A stretch of DNA of 63,604 nt, counting the filler, from Octopus bimaculoides (taxonomy: Eukaryota): the NCBI RefSeq assembly GCF_001194135.2. It is 6 parts of 6 records of this genome, joined end to end, with 100 filler letters (N's around TTAATTAATTAA, not from the genome) between each part and the next. Parts side by side here need not be neighbours in the genome. Positions count along the whole stretch, not along the records: positions 25,342 to 45,692 come from NC_068991.1; 5 more parts are not named here. One strand, written 5' to 3'. Each line of letters opens with the position of its first letter. Within the stretch, counting starts at the first letter, position 1. This document shows positions 25,902 through 37,646 of the stretch, piece after piece. The notes under the pieces were generated by a model, which saw nothing but the letters and a program-made list of their open reading frames with translations, made no database searches and had not been told where the DNA came from. The position numbers and the translations under genes are program-made.

Positions 25902-26658
25902 CTGTGATGACAAAAACAATGAATTGAAACCAAAGACGGTGTCCTGCGAGCATGTTTCAAGTCCCATTATGGATTGCTTGGAGCCAGTTTCAAGCCCCAT
26001 TACGGATTGCTGAGAAGCACTTTCGAGTCCCATTACGGATTGCTGGGAGGCACTTTCAAGTCCCATTACGGATTGCTGGGAGCCAGTATCAAGGTCAATG
26101 ATATCTGCTTCCAATTTAGAAGAACTTCGACTCAGGGCCGGAGGAGAACAACCTATTCCAGAATCAAAGAGTTCGCTTCCATTCTCCAAACTATTCATAG
26201 TCGAGTTGGCCCGAGTGTCAGATGTCCAATCGGTTGTCGATGCGGCCTCCTTTGTGCCGTCAGAGATCTGTGGTATTGGCGACAGTTCACACACTTCGTC
26301 ATCAGATCCCTGGGGGACAGGTTCGGGAGTTAGTTTGTTGGTGCTGCCATAACTGGTACTGCGTTTCCCCCAAGAGAAAGCAGACAGAACAGATAATGTT
26401 TTGTTTTGAAGTTTAATCTCTTTATTCACACCTGAGGGTGAGACATTTTGGCTGTTGTTGTTATTGTTATTATTATTATTATCCTCAATTTTATCATCGT
26501 CATCATCATCATCATCACCATTGTTGTTGTTGTTTGCTGATTTGTCTTCCATTACTTTAGGGCAGGCTGTTTCTTCCTTAAATAGTTGAGATAAACGAGA
26601 AGGTTTTGTAGTGACATTATCCTCTTTCTTTTCCTCTTCCTTCTCTGGTCGGAAATAT
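25902..26658 (-). CDS. EXO1: EXO1 coding exon 10 (YFRPEKEE...poly-N/D...SAFSW...DSGIG...11-aa SQ repeats...FLSSQ)
   Basis: Polypyrimidine-TCAG acceptor in phase 2 completes QSR|YF; 757-nt open frame; GTAAGT donor at 25901. Confidence 0.85.
25948..26094 (-). repeat. Exonic 33-bp tandem repeat (4 full units plus a partial) encoding SQQSVMGLE(S/T)x
   Basis: CCCATTAYGGATTGCT units start at 25963, 25996, 26029 and 26062. Confidence 0.95.
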
Positions 26659-26894
26659 CTGATGAATGGGGAAAAAAGAGAGAGAGAGAGAAGAGAGAAA
26701 AAGATAATTAAATCATAAGATTAATGAGTGTTTCACATCCTTCGTTATTTCATCTAACATTTACAGATTCCTTTTTTTTTAATTGCAACTTCTCGAGGAG
26801 ACCCACCACTACAGAGACATGGTTGCTCAACTTACTTGAAATAGCAACCAAATCTCCCTCAACTCACACACTGTCTTACAAAAAAGGAAAGACA

Positions 26895-27303
26895 CCAATG
26901 TCACTGTCACCTGACTGGCTCATGTGCAGGTGGCACATAAAAAGTACCATTCAAGCATGGTTGATGCCAGTTCGACCTGACTGGGTCCCATGCTGGTGGC
27001 ACATAAAAAGCATCATTCGAGCGTTGTCGATGCCCTTGACTGGCCCCTATGCCAGTAGCACATAAAAAGCACCATTTGGGCATGGTCGATGTCAGTGCCG
27101 CTTGACTGGCCCCCATGCAGGTGGCACGTAAAAAGCACCCACTACACTCTCGGAGTGGTTGGCGTTAGGAAGGGCATCCAGCTGTAGAAACTCTGCCAGA
27201 TCAGATTGGAGCCTGGTGCAGCCTTCTGGCTTGCCAGTCCTCAGTCAAATCGTCCAACCCATGCCAGCATGGAAGGCGGACGTTAAACGATGATGATGAT
27301 GAT
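26895..27303 (+). mobile_element. Abundant (GAT)n-tailed retroposon (family C, RTE-type 3' end) with an internal minisatellite; further copies in both orientations near 25580-25730, 28870-29345, 31860-32420, 34590-35340, 35790-35970, 37085-37250, 38310-38450, 39345-39660 and 56190-56365
   Basis: Conserved GTGGTTGGCGTTAGGAAGGGCATCCAGCTGTAGAAACT...CATGGAA.GCGGACGTTAAACGATGATG end; tandem GGTGGCACGTAAAAAGCACC units upstream. Confidence 0.85.
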
Positions 27304-27782
27304 ATTGTCCATTGTTGTACCATTCAAAATTTTTTATTCTTTATTATCATAGAAACTGTGTGCAACAGACCAAAGTGGTCAAAATGGATGGGACAAACCT
27401 TAAGAACTTCGTGATGAAAAGGAATATTCCAGACTGATCCGTTTGATGCCATCATAGAAAAATGGCAGTATTTAGCTAATGAAGAAGTACAACTATTAAA
27501 ACCTAATCTTGACCATTTTTTTCTTCTAGTTTCACCCTTTTGTTCCCATAATCCTGATGAAACACATTACATCAGTCGCAATTAATTTTGAAAATAACAA
27601 AGAATTTAATAAAACACTTTGTCGTTCTTAAGCTGACATTTGGAATATAAATGAAATTTGATGGAAATTTTGGTGGAAGCTTTTAATCAGGATCATTTTG
27701 AAACAAGGAATTTGTATTGTAAAATCAAGGACGTTCCCATGTGGGCAAGTATGAAAAGGGTGAAGAACGAAATAGAACTTAC

Positions 27783-28230
27783 CGACTTTGGACTTTTGGA
27801 GCATTGATATCAAATCTCTTGACTTCTTTGAAAATGGCAAACTTATTTTGATGTGTGGAATTTAACTTCTGTTTCATGTCAGTTTGCTTAGCTGCTTCTT
27901 GAATTTGACTAGAGTTTTCCTTGCTCAAAACTGCCATCGAATCAGGATTCTGGCTTTCGTTGCTAGGATTCGTGTCTAAATGGGAGATTTTGCTTTCTTT
28001 AATGGAAGTGAAATCTGTTTCCAGGCACTCCTCATCTGTCGTTGGTTTATCGTTGGAACTCTCATCATCCTGCTCGTTAAGTAAAGATCTCAGAATAAGA
28101 ACGGATTCATCGATCACGCAGGCATTCTCGTCTATTTTGGAAGGTAGCTTTGTCTTTTTCACTGAGGGACTTTCCAGAGAGTAAATGTGTGATAACTCGT
28201 TATCAGACTTTGATTCCAAACAATTTTCAA
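27783..28230 (-). CDS. EXO1: EXO1 coding exon 9 (ENCLESKSDNELSHIYSLESPSVKKTK...QNKFAIF...KVQS)
   Basis: Open frame with EXO1-like 'L...YSL...KKTK' and 'NKFAxF' motifs; TTTGTAG acceptor, GTAAG donor; 448 nt, phase 1-2. Confidence 0.88.
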
Positions 28231-28524
28231 CTACAAAGAAAACAACAACCTCAATAACAACAACAACAATAATAATGATAATCTTTTCTACTATAGGCAC
28301 AAGGCCTGAAATTAGGGTGGGGGTGGGGACTAGTTGATTACATCAACCCCAGAGCGTAACTGGTACTTAATTTATCAACTCCTGAAAAGATGATGAAAGG
28401 CAAAGTCAAACTTAGTGGAATTTGAACCCAGAACTAAAAATGCCGAATCTAAAAATTAACAAATGCACAAATAAAAGCGGGCAAAAAACAAAAAAAAAAT
28501 AAAATTCTTAAAGAAATTCTTTAC

Positions 28525-28714
28525 CATTTCTGAGTCGCTTTCGTGGTTGTTGAGCAACTTTAAACTCTGTGACAATTTCTTTATTCTTTAAACTCGGCCG
28601 TTCTTTAAGTGGTGACTTTTCCTGCAATCCTTTAGAAAGAATTCGATAATTCCTGTTCCAAATGCTCAGCATATGAGGACCATTATATTTAGCTGCTACC
28701 TCAGGACCGGAATT
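28525..28714 (-). CDS. EXO1: EXO1 coding exon 8 (NSGPEVAAKYNGPHMLSIWNRNY...RKRLRN)
   Basis: The SIWxRNY motif is conserved in EXO1 (recalled); CTACAG acceptor, GTAAAG donor; 190 nt, phase 0-1. Confidence 0.88.
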
Positions 28715-30038
28715 CTGTAGCAAGATGTGAAATGTTAAAAATAGAAGGAAAGAAAATCACAAATTCTTTAACTGACAGAACATTAATTCTCCTTTTCACA
28801 ATTGAAAAATATATTAAATTAGGCAACAGAAGCAGTTCTAGATTGAAATCTTCATTTATATGACACAACATACAGTGGCATGTAAAAAGCACCATTCAAG
28901 CATGGTTAATGCCAGTGCCACCTGACTGGCTCCTGTGCCGGTGGAATGTAAAAAGCACCCAATACACTCTCGGAATGGTTGACATTAGGAAGGGCATCCA
29001 GCTGAAGAAACATTGCCAGATCAGATTGGAGCCTGGGGCAGCCTCCTGGCTTGCCAGTCCTCAGTCAAACCGTCCAACCCATGCCAGCATGGAAAGCGGA
29101 TGTTAAACGATGATGATGATGGTGATGTATACTGTTGAAAAGTCAGAGGCTGCAATGGTTGTCTCAGGAAAGATCTTTTTATCAACATCATCATCAGTTA
29201 ACATCCTCTTTCTATGCTGGCATGGGTTGGACAGTTTGACATGAAATGGTAAGTAAGAAGACTGCCCCAAGTTCTGCTGTCTGCTTTGGCATGCTTACTG
29301 CAGCTAGATATCCTTCCTAACGCCAGCCACTTTACAGAATGTGCTGGGGGCTTTTTTACCATATTTTCAGGCATATAAGGCACACTCCAACTTTAGCAGG
29401 CCTAATCTGTGAGACAAAAACTGCAGCTAATCCTGAATCTCCTAGCTGAATATTGTGATGGGTTAAGTAACAATACTTAACACAAACGAAATCTAGCCAA
29501 AGCCTGATCCCAGCATAAAAGGCGCAAGGGGACTTTTTGAAACAAGTTTTCCGGTTTTTTTTAAGGTCTGGTACTTACTCTATCAACTCCCTTTTACCAA
29601 ACTGCTAAGTTATATGGGCGTAAACAAACCAACACTGTTTGTCAAGCAGTGGCAGGAGCCAAACACTTACACAAAAACACACACACACACATAAATACAC
29701 ATGTACATATGCATACATACATATACACACACATCCTTTTATTCTATTACTTGTTCCAGTTATTCAACTGTGGCCATGCTGGAACACCACCTTGAGGGGT
29801 TTTAGTCAAACAAATCGACCCCAGAAGATATTTCTTAAGCCTAGTACTTATTCTATCAGTCTCTTTTGCTGAACTGCTAAATCGCAGGGACATGAACACA
29901 CCACACCAGTTGTCAAGGTGATGATGGAGGACAAACAGACACAAAGATACATACACACACACATATATATATACACACACACACATATATATATACATAC
30001 ACACACACATATATATATATACACACACACATATATAT

Positions 30039-30095
<57 letters not shown>

Positions 30096-32515
30096 CATAT
30101 ATACGATGGGCTTCTTTCAGTTTCCATCTATCAAATCCACTCACAAGGCACCAGTTGGCCTGAGGCTATAGTAAAAAAAAAAACACTTGCTCAAGGTGAC
30201 ACACAGTGGGACTGAACACGGAACCATGTGGTTGGGAAGCAAGCTCCTTTACACACACACACACACACAAACTAAGGGATTCTACACAGTTCCCATCTAC
30301 AAAATTCACTCGCAAGGCAACAATCGGCCCAGGGCTCTAGCAGAAAACACTTGCTCGAGGTACCACACTGTAGGACTGAACCCCAAGCCGCACGGTTGCA
30401 AGGCAAGGTCCTTAACCACAAAACCAAGGCTGAAGAGACAGTCAAGCAGCAGAGCAGCCTAACTCCCAGTTTATTGCTAAAGCATTGTTAAAGCAGTTTG
30501 AGGTCTTATAGGCTAAAAAAAAAAAAAAATTAAATGGAATCTTTTTAATAATTATCTCATATCAATCTCTCTCTCTCTCTCTCTCTCCTTTACTCTCTCA
30601 CACACATGCACACAATATCTGTATCTCTTCTTCTCTATTTTCCTCAACCGCCCCCGCCACCAACCTTCTTTTTTTTCCAATCATTCTCCCTCCTCTTCCC
30701 GCCCCTCACACACCTAACAATAGGCTGGAATAGATGGCTGCAATAAATTCCTTCTCCGTCTTTAAATATTGTCCCGATGATAATAATTTGATTTATATTG
30801 ATAAGATTTATGAATATTTCGAGGAGAAGGGGGAGGAGGAGGAGGAGGCGGCGGGGGAGGGCAGGGGTCAACAAGCCCCAGTAAGCACGTCACCATTAAT
30901 TCGTGGCTTATCACTTCTGATCAGGCATGTGAAGAGAATTTGTGTAGGAGGAGGAGGAGGAGGACGGGGGGGGGAGGAAAGGTCGATGCCTGTTAATGTA
31001 GAATTTACAATGTGGGAGGAGGTTTACTCCTTTCGAGGTCTATGTAGGGAGAAAGAAATAATAGAAGAGAGAGAGAGAGAGAGATAAAGAGAGAGAACAA
31101 CAAAGAGACAGAGGGGGAGAACAAGAGAGAGAGAGTGTGTGTGTGTGTATTGTGAAAACGTGAGGGGAAGTGGTTTCTTCAACAAATTATGGACATATGT
31201 GAAAGGAAGAGGTTACCACATTGTGGATAGATATGGGAGGAAGAAGGAATTTGGTAGAAAAACATGCGAAACAAGTGAATTATTTCATCTCGAGTATTGT
31301 CATCAGCAGAGGAGATGGTGGTATCATCATCATCTGCATCATTGTCGTCGCCACCGCCATCGTTTTGATACCCTCTTTTTCGTGATCACATGGATCAGAC
31401 AGAACTCAGTAAAGCAGGTTTTCGCACGGCTGGGTGCTCTTCCAGTCACCAACCTTTACCTGTTAGCAAGTTACACAATATTTCTTTTTTGACTAAATAA
31501 TTTTTGTTTCGCAGGACTGGAAATAAGTAACACCATTTGTATGATGGCAACACTCGCTTGCAACTATCACACAATGCCAGGACAAGGAAACACACACACA
31601 CACACGTATACAATAGGCTTCAATCAGTTTCGTTTACCAATTTATTCACAAGACTTTAATCAGCTCAAGACTATATAAAAAAAAAAACACTTACCCAAGG
31701 TGCAATATAGTGGGTTTGAACCCAAAACCATTTAGTTGAGAAGCAAACTTCTTAACCACAGTCATACCTCATCATCACCACACACACTCTCTCTCTCTCT
31801 CTCTGTCATCTTTCCTTCCTATGTATACCTCAAAAAACAAAAAGCAAACCTCTCATATTCATCTAACGTCCATTTTCCATGCTGGCATGGGTTGGACGGT
31901 TTGACTGGGGACTGGTAAACCCAGGAGGCCACACCAGGTTCCAATCTGATCTGGCAGTGTTTCTACAGCTGGATGCCCTTCCTAATGCCAACCACTCCAA
32001 GAGTGTAGTAGGTGCTTTTNNNNNNNNNNNNNNNNNNNNNNNNNGGATGGTGCTTTTTACGTGCCACCAGCAAGAGGAGCCAGTCAGGCAGCTCTGGCAT
32101 CGGCCACGTTCGGATGGTGCTTTTTACGTGCCACCGGCACAGGAGCCAATCGGGGCAAGGGGCTGGCATCGACCGTGTTCGAATGGTGCTTTTTACATGC
32201 CACCGACATGGGAGCCAGTCAGACAACACTGGCATTGACCACGTTCAGATGGTGCTTTTTACGTGCTACCAGCACAGGAGCCAGTCGGGGCAAGGGGCTG
32301 GCATCAACCGTGTTCGGATGGTGCTTTTTACGTGCCACCAGCAAGAGGAGCCAGTCAGGCAGCTCTGGCAGCGACCCACACATGAATGGATGGTGCTTAA
32401 TCACATGCCACCAGCACTGGTAATGAAAAAATTCATGTTGTACTTCAAATTTTAAGTAAAGCAAAAAAAAAAAAAAGAATGAAAAGGAAAAGGAAAGAGA
32501 AACAAAAGCACTTAC

Positions 32516-32612
32516 CAAGTCTGTGTCAGGATTGAAGCTTGATAGTTTCTTTCTTGTTTGAATGTCAGTGTTACCCAAAGCAATATTGAAAGCTTCAGAT
32601 GTTGGAATGTAT
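32516..32612 (-). CDS. EXO1: EXO1 coding exon 7 (YIPTSEAFNIALGNTDIQTRKKLSSFNPDTDL)
   Basis: Matches the EXO1 'A..IALGN.D....... ..YNPD' end of the nuclease domain; AAG acceptor preceded by a U12-type branch site; GTAAGT donor; 97 nt, phase 2-0. Confidence 0.92.
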
Positions 32613-33585
32613 CTTAGATATTAATTAAGGAGCGATGATAATTATTACAATGGTGACACACACAGAATTTGATTGTGTGTTTATATATACCTTTTGTCTT
32701 TTACTTGTTTCAGTCACTAGACTGCGACCATGCTGGGGCACCGCTTTGAAGAACTTTCAGTCGATTATATCGATCCCAGTACTTTTTTAAGCCTGGTACT
32801 TGTTCTATCAATCTCTCTTTCCAAACTGCTAAGTTACGGGGATGTAAACACACCAACACCAGTTAAGAAACAGTGATGGGGGAACAAAGACACACACACA
32901 CATATATATATCCATATGTACAATGGGTTTCTTTCAGTTTCTGTCTACCAAATCCTCTCACAAGGCTTTGGTCGGCCCAAAGCTATAGTAGAAACACTTG
33001 TCCAAGGTGCTACACAGTGAGACTGAACCTGGAACCTTGTGGTTGGTAAGCAAACTACTTATCGCACAGCCACTCCTGTGCACATATATATATATATATA
33101 TANNNNNNNNNNNNNNNNNNNNNNNNNNNNNNNNNNNNNNNNNNNNNNNNNNNNNNNNNNNNNNNNNNNNNNNNNNNNNNNNNNNNNNNNNNNNNNNNNN
33201 NNNNNNNNNNNNNNNNNNNNNNNNNNNNNNNNNNNNNNNNNNNNNNNNNNNNNNNNNNNNNNNNNNNNNNNNNNNNNNNNNNNNNNNNNNNNNNNNNNNN
33301 NNNNNNNNNNNNNNNNNNNNNNNNNNNNNNNNNNNNNNNNNNNNNNNNNNNNNNNNNNNNNNNNNNNNNNNNNNNNNNNNNNNNNNNNNNNNNNNNNNNN
33401 NNNNNNNNNNNNNNNNNNNNNNNNNNNNNNNNNNNNNNNNNNNNNNNNNNNNNNNNNNNNNNNNNNNNNNNNNNNNNNNNNNNNNNNNNNNNNNNNNNNN
33501 NNNNNNNNNNNNNNNNNNNNNNNNNNNNNNNNNNNNNNNNNNNNNNNNNNNNNNNNNNNNNNNNNNNNNNNNNNNNNNNNNNNNN

Positions 33586-33618
<33 letters not shown>

Positions 33619-33983
33619 CACACACGTGATGAGCTTCTTTCAGTTTCCATCTACCAAATCTATTCACAAGGCTTTGATCAGCCTGAAGCAATAATAAAAA
33701 AACGACTCATCCAAGTTATCAGAGTGGGACTGAACCCAGTACTATATGGTTGGGAAGCAAACTTCTTACCACACAGCCATGCCTGCACCTATATTCATCA
33801 TCATCATCATCATCATCGTTTAACGTCCACTTTCCATTTATATGCCCAATTTTTTTTGTTTTTCTTAAGCACAGACACACACACCAACATTACACATCCC
33901 AACATGTCTGAGAATGAGTTGTGTGTCAGATATAGCGACACTGAACCAAAATTTGCTGTGAAATGAGTTCTTACAAAGGATAC
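32613..33983 (-). other. U12-type (minor spliceosome) GT-AG intron, EXO1 intron 6
   Basis: 5' site GTATCCTTT (33983-33975) matches RTATCCTT. Branch site TCCTTAAT at 32631-32624, about 12 nt before the AG. No polypyrimidine tract. Confidence 0.85.
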
Positions 33984-34171
33984 TCTCCGGCATAGTGAAG
34001 GTCATCGGGTCTAAGATCTTCGGCATAAGGGTTGAGAGGGACCAATTTTCGAGTTAAGGGATCAAATATCAACTGATAAAGGAATGTGTTCTCAGCACGG
34101 ATGAAACCCTCAATGTAGTCGTTGGGCACACTGAACGATTTATTTAAATAAGATGGTATTTTACGAAGAAG
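33984..34171 (-). CDS. EXO1: EXO1 coding exon 6 (LLRKIPSYLNK...FIRAENTFLYQLIFDPLTRKLVPLNPY...LHYAG)
   Basis: RAxNTFLYQLxFDP..RKLxPLNxY motif; TTGCAG acceptor; followed by the U12-type donor GTATCCTTT; 188 nt, phase 0-2. Confidence 0.95.
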
Positions 34172-34405
34172 CTGCAAGAAATGAAAAGAAAGTAAAATAA
34201 ATAAACAGCATTTATTGTTTACAATACTTTTTTACACGCTTCAGTCATTTGACTGTGGCCATGCTGGAGCACCGCCTTTAGTCAAAGAAATTGACCCGAG
34301 GACTTAGAATAAGTCTTTTTTGCTAAGTTTCGGGGACATAAACACACAAACATCGGTTGTCGAGCAATGGTGGAAGGACAAACACAGACACAAAGACACG
34401 CACAC

Positions 34406-34464
<59 letters not shown>

Positions 34465-35969
34465 ACAGGCTTCTTTCAGTTTCCATCTACCAAATCCACT
34501 CACAAGACTTTGGCCGGCCTGAGGCTATAGTAGAAGACATTTGGCCAAGGTGCCACGCAGTGACACGGAGGTTCTGTGCCTCTTACTCATCATCACCATT
34601 TAATGTTCGCTCTCCATGCTGGCAGGAGTCAGAGAGTTTGACCAGAGCTGCACCAGGTTCCTGTCCGTTTTGGCTTGCTTTCTACAGCTGGATGCGCTTC
34701 CTGACACCAACCACCTTACAGTGCATTCGGTGTCTTTTACATGTCACCAGCACTAGCCACAACCACAAATTCACTTAGATTGACATGTCTTCTCAAGTAG
34801 AGCAAATCGCCAGAATTCTCAAAACCTCACTAAAACCATTATGTTGTTATGCCCTGGGCAAGACTACTGTATTTTCTGATGCCAGTAAGTCATTTGAGCG
34901 AGATCGTTGCCAGTGCCGCTGGACTGGCTCCTGTGCAGGTGGCACGTAAAATACACCATTTTGAGCGTGGCCGTCGCCAGTACCTCCTGACTGGCCTTCA
35001 TGCCGGTGGCACGTAAAAGCACCCACTACACTCTCGGAGTGGTTGGCGTTAGGAAGGGCATCCAGCTGTAGAAACTCTGCCAAATCAGATTGGAGCCTGG
35101 TGTCGCCTCCTGGCTCCCATGCCAGTGCCGCCTGACTGGCTCCAATGCTGGTAGCACGTAAAAAGCATTCATTACACTCTCGGAGTGGTTGGCGTTAGGA
35201 AGGGCATCCAGCTGCAGAAACCATGCCAGATCAGATTGGAGCCTGATGCAGCCTCCTCGCTTGCCAGTCCTCAGTCAAATCGTCCAACCCATGCTAGCAT
35301 GGAAAATGGACGTTAAACGACAATGATGATGATGATGATACAAGCCAATAAAGTACATAATGTAAATATGTCAAACAAACATTCAATCCATGTCACTATC
35401 TTTCCAAATCCTGATGCCTTTCCATGGAATTTCTCGACCTCCAAAGTCATTTTCATGTATAAGTCAATCTACGTATTTTACTTATAAATTTTGAGAAATT
35501 CAAGTTGTATACAGGAACACACAGTAATAGTTATCAGCAGGAAGAAGATGTATTTATTGCAATAATTTCTCCAATAGAATACTATTGCTCAGATTTGTGT
35601 ACACTACTCCAGCCATGCTAGCACAAGCGCACAGAAAAATACACTTTATTTGATGGCATTAAAGACATATAAGATGCATCTCAATTTCTGCAATGCATAT
35701 TCAGGAAAAAATGGTTTTAGTGAATTGAAGTATATGGGAGGTCCTACTTCACATATAGGATGCAGGGTGATTTTTGAGACAATATATAGGTGACACGTAC
35801 AAGCACCTACTACACTCTCTGAGTGGTTGGCGTTAGGAAGGGCATCCAGCTGTAGAAACTCTGCCAAATTGAGATTGGAGCCTGGTGTTGCCATCCGGTT
35901 TCACCAGTCCTCAGTCAATTCGTCCAACCCATGCTAGCATGGAAAGCGGACGTTAAACGATGATGATGA

Positions 35970-36006
<37 letters not shown>

Positions 36007-36314
36007 NNNNNNNNNNNNNNNNNNNNNNNNNNNNNNNNNNNNNNNNNNNNNNNNNNNNNNNNNNNNNNNNNNNNNNNNNNNNNNNNNNNNNNNNNNNNNN
36101 NNNNNNNNNNNNNNNNNNNNNNNNNNNNNNNNNNNNNNNNNNNNNNNNNNNNNNNNNNNNNNNNNNNNNNNNNNNNNNNNNNNNNNNNNNNNNNNNNNNN
36201 NNNNNNNNNNNNNNNNNNNNNNNNNNNNNNNNNNNTATAAAATCCATCCATCTTCTTCACCTACCAAAGCCTTGTGAGTGGATCTGGTAGATGGAAACTG
36301 AAAGAAGCCCGTCG

Positions 36315-36352
<38 letters not shown>

Positions 36353-36572
36353 AGTGTATGTGTTTGTGCATCTGTGTTTCTGCCCCCCAATATCGCTTGA
36401 CAACCAATGCTGGTGTGTTTACGTCGCCGTAACTTAGTGGTTCGGCAAAAGAATAAGTCCTGGGGTCGATTTGCTCAACTAAAGGCGGTGCTCCAGCATG
36501 GCTACAGTCAAATGAGTGAAACAAGTAAAAGAGTAAAAGAGTAAAGAGTAATATGAGTGGAAATAAAATTAC

Positions 36573-36788
36573 CTGTCTAAGATCTGCCTGTCTGGCTAAT
36601 TTGAATACTTTACAAGCATTTGCTAAACCAATGCCAGGTAAAGAACTTAAGTAGTCACAGCCAGATAGAATACACATGTGTCTAAATTTACTGAAGGTGT
36701 AGAATCCATCTCTGATGTCAACGACTTCATTTAGTCTGGATTTTTCAATCATGATGCCATTTCCATACAAATCCATTTTGAAAATCAC
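36573..36788 (-). CDS. EXO1: EXO1 coding exon 5 (VIFKMD...FRHMCILSGCDYLSSLPGIGLANACK...DLRQ)
   Basis: H3TH motif MCILSGCDYL..LPGIGL; TTTGCAG acceptor, GTAATT donor; 216 nt, phase 0-0. Confidence 0.97.
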
Positions 36789-37508
36789 CTGCAAAGAAGA
36801 AATTTAATTTTGTATTTCAAAATATTGAATTAAAAGTGGTCAAAGTTCACCTTTTATGGACAGTCATGTCGATACAATCAATGGCCAAAAGCACAGACAT
36901 AGCTGTGTGGTGAAGAAGCTTGCTTGCCAACCAGGTGGTGTTGGGTTCAGTCTCACTACGTGGCACCTTGGGCAAGTGTCTTCTACTATAACCTCGAGCA
37001 TTGTCCAACATGAGAAGGATTCTGCCAGTTCTTCTTCTTCGCTGCTGTCGCTGCTACCACCACCACCACCACCACCACCACCACCATTGTTTAACGTCCG
37101 TTTTCCATGCTGGCATGGGTTGGACGATTTGACTGAGGACTGGTGAAACCAGATGGCTACACCAGGCTCCAATCTGATTTGGTAGAGTTTCTACAGCTGG
37201 ATGCCCTTCCTAATGCCAACCACTCCAAGAGTGTAGTGGGTGCTTTTAACACTTAATCAACAACTGCAAGTGAAAAAGACTTAGAGCTCTAATTTACAAA
37301 CGAAGGTTCTCGCTCCACTAATTAACAGATACTGCCCACCAGTTGTAGGCAGGTCTCTATTTCAAGATAGATCCCCTGCTACTGCTTCCAGTAATAAAAT
37401 AACTGCCCCAAGTCTATTCAAATGTCCAAAGCTAGCATAGAAAAATGAATTTAATACAAAGAAGAAAGAGACAAAAAAAGTAATGGAGAGACAGTGATAG
37501 AAACTTAC

Positions 37509-37646
37509 TTTGTCACAACCAAACAGTAACAAGTCGGAGTCTTCGGTGACAATGATCTGGGCAATTCCAGATTGTGCTAAATAGGCCAACTGAGCATCAG
37601 CTTCATAAGGGGCAACAATGCAATCAATCCCTTGTTTTTGACACAC
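37509..37646 (-). CDS. EXO1: EXO1 coding exon 4 ([23 protein letters not shown]...[15 protein letters not shown])
   Basis: XPG-I catalytic motifs [12 protein letters not shown] and TEDSDLL; CAG acceptor, GTAAGT donor; 138 nt, phase 0-0. Confidence 0.97.

Noticed and set aside
32045-32420. CRISPR-like array: GGATGGTGCTTTTTACGTGCCACC repeated about every 68 bp (also 26900-27130)
   Set aside because: The spacers are homologous to each other, there are no cas genes, the context is eukaryotic, and the array is the internal minisatellite of a multicopy retroposon.
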